Source of the DNA: Dictyostelium discoideum
Lineage: Eukaryota
Assembly: GCA_000004695.1 (NCBI GenBank)
Contig: CM000152.2
Span: forward strand, 5,760,001 to 5,824,000
Length of the DNA stretch: 64,000 nucleotides
Reading direction: 5' to 3'
In this document: positions 55,575 to 64,000 of the stretch, piece after piece
How positions within the stretch are numbered: the stretch's first letter is position 1
How the letters are laid out: every line of letters begins with the position of its first letter
Made by a program: the position numbers and the translations under genes
The notes under the pieces: model-generated
The model's input: the letters and a program-made list of their open reading frames with translations, nothing else
Database searches by the model: none
What the model was told of the DNA's origin: nothing

Positions 55575-57647
55575 TTAAACATAAAAACCATTACAATTTA
55601 ATAAAACTATATCAGAAATTAATCTTCTTGTAGTTTCACAACTTGTTTCAATATTTACATTTTGTGGTGATAAGTGAATATTTGTAACTTGGTCACTATT
55701 ATTGTTGTTGTTTGTTTTGTTTTTACTTGAAATTTTAATTAAATAATAGTTTTCATTTATTTCGAAATATTCAATAGAATCACCATTATTTTTAAATTGT
55801 TTTGTTGAATTTATAGCCTTTATAATATTTTCAATTGAAAGTGTACCCCAAATAAACTTTTCTTTGATATGAATGATTTTATTACTATCAGAAATATTTG
55901 GTGGTGATATTATTAATTCATGATCACTCATTGATAAAACACCTGATATCTCTGCTACATGAATTGGTTGTTGATTATTTATTGTAGTTGTAGTTGTAGT
56001 AGTTGTATTATTTTTTAATTGTGATGATTTATCTAAAACTTTTGTTTGAATGGTTTGAGCTAATTCTTTATCAATAAAACCAGATTCAAAATTTTGATTA
56101 TTTTGAATTTTAATTGTATCTAATGGTAATATTGTTGTGACTATACCAAAATTACCATTTGAATGTTTATTTTTTACATAATCTTTTTTTTTTTGTATAT
56201 AAATTATTGAGTTAGTATTAAAAAATCAATATGTATATTTTTTAAGTAACTTACTTTTATAAATTCTAGGTATTATTAAATGTTTTGGAGATAATTTTGA
56301 AATTAATAAATTTGCTTCATTAAAATTTATACGAGGATCAATTGGTAAGAATTGAATTCTTGATATTTGTTTAGAGAAAGGTAAGACGGTTGATTTGAAA
56401 TCGAAATCAGGTTCAATTAAGAGTATTGAATTCTTTGGATTATCGTAGAGTTTAATTAGAGTTGTGATATCACCAATTCTACAACTTGGATGACCAGTGA
56501 AAATGATACAAGGATCATTTGCTTGAAAATTTGAATGTACATGTTGATAGGCTTGAAATTGGCCTTTTCTCATTAGATCTTGATGGAGGAAAGGTGTTTC
56601 AGGCATGAAAGCTCTCTCTTGCTTCGATTTATTTAACCACTCTGAATAGATATCGGCATAGGATAACACGGCTTTACTAACGGATGAAACGAAATAAATC
56701 GGAACATAAGGCAGACCGACTTTATTCAAATAGTCTGCTAAATGTTCAAACAAATCCAATATGATACCACATGAATAGGAGGGTATTAAAACTGTACCAC
56801 CTTGTTGTAACGTAGAGCCTATGTTACTGCAAAGTTCACTCAACATTTGGTCGGGTGGATTGTTTGGATAATGATTGATTTTACTTAGAATTAATACATC
56901 TGGATTATCAATTGGTGATAATTGAAATGGTGTTGGATAACGTGATAATGATAAAGACGAATCCGATATATAGACCACCCTTTCAAAGCCTTTACTCTCA
57001 ATGACCCAATTTGCCGATCCTAACCCATAGCCACTACTACTTGGAATACACTCAAATCCATAGTGTTTAATACTTTCATTGAATCGAATCGATTGTATCT
57101 TTTCAAATGATTTCTCTATATCAATCTTTTTATATAAATCCTTCCATCTATAACTATCCCTATATAAATTCTCATTCTCCATACCAACATTATGTACATT
57201 TAATTTCTCTAATATTTCAATATTTTGCCAACAATCTGATAAGTTATTATTATTATTATTATTATTTATACTACTATTACTATATTGTTTATCCATTTGT
57301 ACTAATTCTTCAAGTAATAATCTTTTAATTTTGTTTTAGTATATATATTTATATTTTATATTTTTATTGTTTAATTTTTTTTAAAAAACTTACTTTCCAA
57401 TTTGAACAGTTGGTTCAGTTGCATAAATTTTACCTTGAAAATTTGTATATTCAGTGATAAATGGTAATGCATAGATATTTGTATAATTTGAAATTAAAAT
57501 CATATCAATTGTTGAAAAATCATCAATCATTTCAAATTGAGGACAATTATATTTTATGTTACTACATCCATTATCAATATATAATGTTCCATTTATATTT
57601 TTAAAAAATTGATTCAATTCTTTATCTTTTTCTTTAAATGAATATGA

Positions 57648-57725
<78 letters not shown>

Positions 57726-57857
57726 ATTTAAATTCTTTGGTAAGAAATGAAGTATTGATGAAATTTCTAATGCACAATCTAATAGTATTTTAACATTTTT
57801 ATATTCTAATAGAAAACATGGTGATTGAGCTGATTGACTTAAACAATGAACTTTCAT
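55575..57857 (-). CDS. Integrator complex subunit 9 (INTS9; catalytically inactive beta-CASP metallo-beta-lactamase). 3 exons: 57394..57857, 56255..57321, 55575..56182 (about 712 aa)
   Basis: MKVHCLSQSAQSPCFLLEYKNVKILLDCALE…[47 protein letters not shown]… aligns with human INTS9 (MKLYCLSGHPTLPCNVLKF…IMLDCGLD…[46 protein letters not shown]). Further on, …SSGYGLGSANWVIES…SDVLILS…NPPDQMLSELCSNIGSTLQQGGTVLIPSYSCGIILDL…GLPYVPIYFVS…EWLNKSKQ…PETPF…CIIFTGHPSCRIGD…IEPDF matches the INTS9 middle region. Donors are GTAAGT (x2) and acceptors are AAAAG and AAAAAG; phases add up (464+1067+608 nt). Confidence 0.75.
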
Positions 57858-57958
57858 TTTTTATGTCAAAAAAATAATTTAAAAAAATAAAAAAAAAAAA
57901 AATAAAAAAAAATAAAAAAATAAAATTAAAAATAAATTAAAGAAAATTTTTTATGAAA

Positions 57959-57999
<41 letters not shown>

Positions 58000-58333
58000 A
58001 AAATGGTGTTAATTAAAAAAAAACGATATTCTGCAAAAATAGATTTTATTATAATCATATGATAATTACGATAATTAACACGCCAAATAACACAAAATAA
58101 TCAAAAATTTAATTTATTTTTTTAAAAAAAAAAAACATCATTAATTAATCTTTATTATAATTTATTTTAAAAATAAAATAAAAATAAAATAAAAATAATA
58201 AATTAAATAAAAATAAAATAAAAAAAATAAAAAAAAAATAAAAAAATAAAAAAAAAGGGGGTTCCTTCCATATCAAAATTTTAAAACTTACATATACGTA
58301 TTTAAAAAAAGGATTTTTAATTTTTAATATCCA

Positions 58334-58364
<31 letters not shown>

Positions 58365-58584
58365 TTTTATTTTCACAAATAATTATTTTAAAATACTTGC
58401 CAGCACATAAAAAATTTATATATATTTTTTATATATATTTTTTATTTATAACTCTATCTCTCAACAGATCTCTCATTATTTTTTAAAATTATTAATTTTA
58501 ATTATTTTTCCAACAAAAAAAAAAATTTTAATTAATTTAAAAAACCCTTTAATTAAAAAAGGTAAATAAAGATTGTTTTGTTTT

Positions 58585-58619
<35 letters not shown>

Positions 58620-59047
58620 TGTTTTTTTTGTTTTTTATTTATTTATTTATTTTTTTTTAAAAAAATATTTTTTTTTTCCTTTATTTTATAGTAATAATAA
58701 AAAAATAAAATAATAGTAATAATAATAATTTTTAAATATAATTGCAATAAAAATTATAGCCAAAATAAAAAAAAAAAATAGTAATAATAGTAGCAATAAA
58801 AATATTAGCACAATAATTTAAACCAATATTAAAAAAAATTATTTATATATAATTAAAAATTTTAAAAAATAAAAATATAAAAAAATTAAAAATAAATACT
58901 AAAAATACTAAAAATTATTTATTATTCAAATAAAAAAAAAAAATTAGAAATAAAAAAATATATATAAATAATAATAATAAATTAAGGTGCACTCAAAAGA
59001 TTAAAAATAAAAATAAAATAAAAAAAATAAATGATATAAAAAACAAA

Positions 59048-59606
59048 ATGAATGGTCACAACAGGAATAATAGTGGAGGTGATAGTAATAAAATGGAACA
59101 GATAAAAAATAAATTTTCATCTTCAACAAATAATAATAATAATAATAACAATAATAACAATAACAATAATAATAAGAGACTTAGTAGGGGGAGTACAATT
59201 GGTAATTTTAATAATTCAACACAAAATAATAATACTAATAATAATAATATGAATATGAGTATGAATATGAATAATAATAATAATAATGGAGAAACAAGTG
59301 GATTTATTGCAGATAGGGTGAAATTTTTTCAACAAAAAGATGTGGAATGTAAAACACAATCTCCAATTGTAAACTCTAGACATAATAGACAAAAAAGTAA
59401 CTGTTCAAATGAAGGTTTATCACCTCAAAAATCATCTCCAAAAATTATACCAAAAGAAAACCCACAGCCACCACCCCCACAAATACAAATTCAACAAAAA
59501 CAACCACAACAACCACAACAACCACAAAAACTACAACCAAAACAACCACCAAGAGTACAAAGAGCATCAACATCAATTAATTTAAATAGTAATATATCTG
59601 GTAATG

Positions 59607-59638
<32 letters not shown>

Positions 59639-59779
59639 TTTAATAGTGGTGGTAATAAAAGAAGATCAAGAGGACTATTGCCAACTCCACCAATTTCAAG
59701 ATCGACAAGTATAGATAGTAATTTAGGTGACAATATAAAACAACAACCACCACCACTATCGAATATCGAAAACAATGTA

Positions 59780-59840
<61 letters not shown>

Positions 59841-61924
59841 TTCAAAATAATGTACATAAAGATGAAGTAATTGTAGATGAAGAATATAATCAACAACAAA
59901 TTAGTTTAGAGAATTTAACAATGAATAATTTCGATAATGAAGGATTTGATGTTCATTCAAATACAATTGATGGTTCTAATATTGAATGTAGTGGTAGTAT
60001 TGAAACTATTAATAATGAAGGGTTTGGTGGATTTGGTGGTGATATAAATTGCAATGATTTGGATAATATTGGTAGTGGTGGCAGTGGTGGTATGTTTGAT
60101 CCATATTATAATATAAATCAACATTCTTATAAAAAACGTCCAATGGATAAAGATACCGAGACGGTTTTAGAGGCAATTGATGTTTTAGAAAGGTATCATA
60201 AATCACCTCAATTAGTTGATGTATCAATGTTAATGGAAGCTAATAGTGCAAATTCCACGGACACTGATAGTATTAGCAATGCAAGTGGTACAAGTACTGG
60301 TAGAAATAGTTTAGAAAATAGTGTAATAAACCAATGGAAACCATCCTCTAAACCTCCACAAATACCAATTTCATCTTCTGCATCCTCTTCCTCTTCTTCT
60401 CTTTTATCAACCACATCAACTCAATCTGAACCAATATCGACAATAAATAAAAACCAACGTCAACAAAAAAGAAAATCAAATAGTCAAGGTACATTTTTAT
60501 CAAAATCAACACCTGGAACCACACCTAATCAAACCACTAATTCAAGTGATGAACAATTACAAAGAAAGGTTTTAGAAGAATTATTAGCAACTGAAGAAGA
60601 TTATCTAAGAGATTTAGATTTCATAATAAATGAAATGGTTGAACCATTATCATCAAAAGGAATATTGGATAAACCAAATATAATGAATATATTTTCAAAT
60701 ATTGAAATCATAAGAAATGTTAGTAAAACTATAGTTGATGATTTAAAACAAAATCCATTAACACTTCATTATTGTGTTATGGTTTTTAAAAAAATGGTAA
60801 ATAAGTTTTTTTTTAAAAAAAAAAAAAGAAAATAACAAAATATTTATTTTAATTTTTAATTTTTTTTTTTTTAGTCAGCATTTTTTAAAATGTATTCACA
60901 ATATTGTACACATCATCAGAAATCGATTCAAGTATGTTCAGAATTAGTTAAAAGTAATTCAACATTTTCAACATTTAAAAATGAAATATCAAGTAATAGT
61001 AATGGTAGAGGATTATCAATGTTGGATTATTTAATAAAACCAATTCAACGTATTTGTAAATATCCACTACTATTTAATGAATTATTAAAGAGCACCACAA
61101 AAGATGATGAGGATTTCTCAACATTGACAGAGGTTCATGGTAAACTTGTAGAGGTTGCAGAGTTTGTTAATCAATGTCAACATATTAAAGAAAATAATGA
61201 AAGATTATTAGAGATTCAAAATTGTGTTGAAGGATCTCCATTTCCAATACTTGAATCAACAAGAAAGATATTAAAAGAATGTTGGGTTAGAATTAAAGAG
61301 GGTAAAAATGATAATGACAATCATAATAGATATATTTTCTTATTCAATGATAATATCATGTTTACAAAGAATAGTTCATTCACAAAGAAATATCAATACC
61401 AATATTCATTCTCTTTGCCCTATCATTCAACCAAGTTATTACCTTCTGTTAAACCATTATCAATTCTATTAAATGGTTTAAACTCTGACAATATTTCAAT
61501 ATCCATTGAAGTTATATTTCAAGAACAGGCAGAGAAAGATGAAGTTTCATTGTTATTGGCTGATTTAATAGATCAAGGTAAAAAACAATTGGAAAAATTA
61601 AAAAGTCGTTCATCAGTTTTAATTCCAAAAAATTTATCTGAAAATAATAGTCCAAATACTTTTAAATCAAGTAATATTAATAACAAATCTTCAACAACAT
61701 CATCATCTTCTTTTCAACATCAAAGTAGTAGTAGTAGTATGAGTAATTTAACATCACCTCCATTTATATCAAGATCTCAAACCTCTCAAACTTTATTACA
61801 ACAACAACAGCAGCAACAACAACAACAAAGTAATCCAGCACTATTAAAATTATCAAAAATTATGTTAGAAGAGGATGCCAAAAAAAGAAGATCAACTTTA
61901 AATCCAATCGAAAAGAAAAATTAA
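59048..61924 (+). CDS. RhoGEF (Dbl-homology domain) protein. 2 exons: 59048..60796, 60875..61924 (about 932 aa)
   Basis: An N-terminal Asn/Gln/Pro-rich region precedes a DH domain: RKVLEELLATEEDYLRDLDFIINEMVEPL…IFSNIEIIRNVSKTIVDDL…VFKKM | GTAAAT…TTTAG | SAFFKMYSQYCTHHQKSIQ…GLSMLDYLIKPIQRICKYPLLFNELLKST. This is the canonical DH CR3 motif. A PH-like region follows. Confidence 0.7.
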
Positions 61925-62180
61925 TTGTTTTTTTTTTTTTTTTACAAATTAAAATATTGGAAAATTTTGGAAAAATACTTGAAAATATTGGAAAAAAAAA
62001 AAAAAAAAAAAGAAATATTTATTTATTTATTTACAGAAAACACATATTTGTAAAAAAAAAAAAAAAAAAAGGAAAATAAAACAATTTTAATTTCATAATT
62101 TTTTCATTTCAAAAAAAAATAAATAATTGGTTAAATAAAAAAAAATAGTTTGGAAAAAAAAAAAAGAAAAAAAAAAAAAG

Positions 62181-62251
<71 letters not shown>

Positions 62252-62315
62252 CAAAAAATAAAAAATTATTATTATTTTTAGTTTTTTGTTGTATAGGAAA
62301 AAAAAAAAAAAAGCA

Positions 62316-62710
62316 ATGTATGTCACATCTAGAATTGGAAAAGTAGTAGATGCGTCAAAAGTGCAAGTTAGAAAAGTGTAATATAGTTATCTATTTATTA
62401 TCATAACTATTCCTATAACTATTCCTCTTTCTATTCCTATTCTTTTATACTGATAAATAATTATAATTATTATTATTATTATTATTAATTTAAACTAAAA
62501 TTCAGAAATATCGGAGGTAATACAATTTCCACACCATGTATAGACGTTTGTAAATTAGATCCATCTTCAGGTTTTTGTATGGGATGTGCTAGAAATAAAG
62601 AAGAGATTGGATCATGGAGCACAAAAAAAGAGGAAGAAAGAGTAAGAATAATAGAAGAAGAATTACCAGAAAGAAAACAGTATATACACTATCCTCCAAT
62701 TAATAAATAA
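62316..62710 (+). CDS. Small DUF1289-type (YdhL-like, putative Fe-S/Cys4) protein. 2 exons: 62316..62377, 62506..62710 (about 88 aa)
   Basis: MYVTSRIGKVVDASKVQVRK(gt) | GTAATA … TTCAG | (a)NIGGNTISTPCIDVCKLDPSSGFCMGCARNKEEIGSWSTKKEEERVRIIEELPERKQYIHYPPINK*. The Cx3CxxDx4GxCxGCxRx3EIxxW pattern is the DUF1289 signature. Confidence 0.5.
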
Positions 62711-62730
62711 AATTTTAAATAAATTATTTA

Positions 62731-62773
<43 letters not shown>

Positions 62774-62823
62774 GAAAAAAAATAAAAATAAAAAAAGAAA
62801 AATAAATTTCTTTTTTAAAAATG

Positions 62824-63706
62824 TTATTTATTATTTAAATCACCATTTTCTTGTTGTTGTTGTAATTGTTGTTTTAATTTTAGTTGTTCAATTTCCAATT
62901 CAATACTTTTACAAGCTGATTCGATTTCAGTATTTTTATAAACTAATTCTAAAAACTTTTTATCATGTTGTTGAATCTTTTCAAAGGTTTGTTCTTGTGA
63001 TAACTTTCTTTGAATGTTGATTTCTTCGATTTGTTGTTTCTTTTGATCCAATTGTTTCTTTAATGTCTTTTGAAGTATCTCTAAATCTGATAAATATAAT
63101 TTCCAACTGTTACCACCGTAACGTTGTAATAACTCTAAATTAATCTTTCTTATATCTTGATGTTCCAATTGTGATCTCGCATTATTTAAACTATCATTCC
63201 ATTGTTTCTCATTTAATTGTTGTTTTATCATTGTTGTTGTCGGTTCAACTTTATATCTACCAATATCAAATTCTTTCATCTTTTCTTCTTTTTCCATTCT
63301 TTTAAAATCATTTTCTAAAAATTGAAAATTCTTTAATATAAAAAAAAAAAAAATAAAAATTATTATTATTATGAAAAATAAATTAATATATAATTTATAA
63401 ATGGCATATATATATATGTATATATATATAAATAATAATTACATTATAATCTATATCTATAAATGATGGTAATTGTGCTAAATAATCTGGTGGTGTAAAT
63501 GTTGACATTTCATCACTAATTAATTTATTTATAAGTTCTTGTTCATCTATTAAAGTTAATAAATAAAAAAAAAAATACATATTAATACTAAAATTGAAAT
63601 GATGAAAAAAAAAAAAAAGTGAATGTATGTACGTACTTTCATTAACTGAATCATCAACATATGGTAATGAATCAATATTCTCTGCTCCTTCTATAATTAT
63701 GTTCAT
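62824..63706 (-). CDS. Pre-mRNA splicing factor SPF27 (BCAS2) homolog. 3 exons: 63637..63706, 63443..63546, 62824..63330 (about 226 aa)
   Basis: MNIIIEGAENIDSLPYVDDSVNE(a) | GTACGT…TTTAATAG | NEQELINKLISDEMSTFTPPDYLAQLPSFIDIDYN | GTAATT…TATTAAAG | NFQFLENDFKRMEKEEKMKEFDIGRYKVEP…NNARSQLEHQDIRKINLELLQRYGGNSWKLY…. This aligns with human BCAS2 (ALPYFDE…NYLSYLP…[32 protein letters not shown]). The C-terminus is a coiled coil. Confidence 0.7.
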
Positions 63707-63806
63707 TTTTATTTTATATATTGTATTTATTAATTTATATGTGTGTTTGTGTGTTTGTTTTATTTATTTTACAGTTTGTTTTTGGTTTTTGGTTTTTGGT
63801 TTTTGG

Positions 63807-63837
<31 letters not shown>

Positions 63838-64000
63838 ATAATCGATTATTAGGTTTGTTTTTTTTTTTTATTTTTTTTTTAAAAAAATTGAAAAATTAAA
63901 ATAAAATATAAAATTTATTATATAATAATAATATATATGTCCGAATTCGTGTGTGAGTATGTGTGTGTGAAGGTTATGTTTGCAAATGAGTTTTTACTAT

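Overview
This window reads as nuclear DNA from Dictyostelium discoideum or a close dictyostelid, judged from sequence alone. Overall GC is about 20 to 25 percent, intergenic DNA is made of long poly(dA)/poly(dT) runs, coding regions carry many (AAT)n and (CAA)n tracts that encode poly-Asn and poly-Gln, and introns are short (80 to 160 nt) with GTAAGT or GTATGT donors and A/T-rich AG acceptors. There is no CRISPR, operon structure or bacterial-style promoter, and I did not look for them. I annotated about 30 protein-coding genes (many spliced; coordinates are from hand translation), one tRNA-Ser(GCU) with an external B box downstream, and several repeat classes.

The most unusual feature is a tandem array of five paralogous small genes on the minus strand between 5.6 and 12.1 kb. 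Each encodes a ubiquitin-fold domain that ends in a ubiquitin-like Leu-x-Gly-Gly, followed directly by an 18 to 27 residue Cys/Gly-rich tail that ends in a CaaX prenylation box (CSIM, CTIL, CVVQ, CQIL, CQIL). Intron positions differ between the five copies.

Other notable points:
- A 6-phosphofructo-2-kinase/fructose-2,6-bisphosphatase gene whose central ~700 bp is about 50 to 55 percent GC inside an otherwise AT-rich genome. It has an apparent +1 frameshift in a G5 run and an upstream PB1-like exon with no start codon.
- A 39-bp tandem satellite derived from the 5' end and flank of the tRNA-Ser gene.
- A gene fusing a CBM20 starch-binding domain to a USP deubiquitinase domain.
- A degraded VWA-domain pseudogene inside the Ubl array.
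- A small pseudogene fragment of the ARF-like GTPase gene.
- Two tandemly duplicated class-C GPCR-like genes.
- A convergent pair of large paralogous Asn-rich proteins.
- Recognisable homologues of snurportin, Bet1 SNARE, mitochondrial ribosomal protein mS33, ACC-synthase-like aminotransferase, GT49 glycosyltransferase, Integrator subunit 9, a DH-domain RhoGEF, SPF27/BCAS2 and a DUF1289 Fe-S protein.
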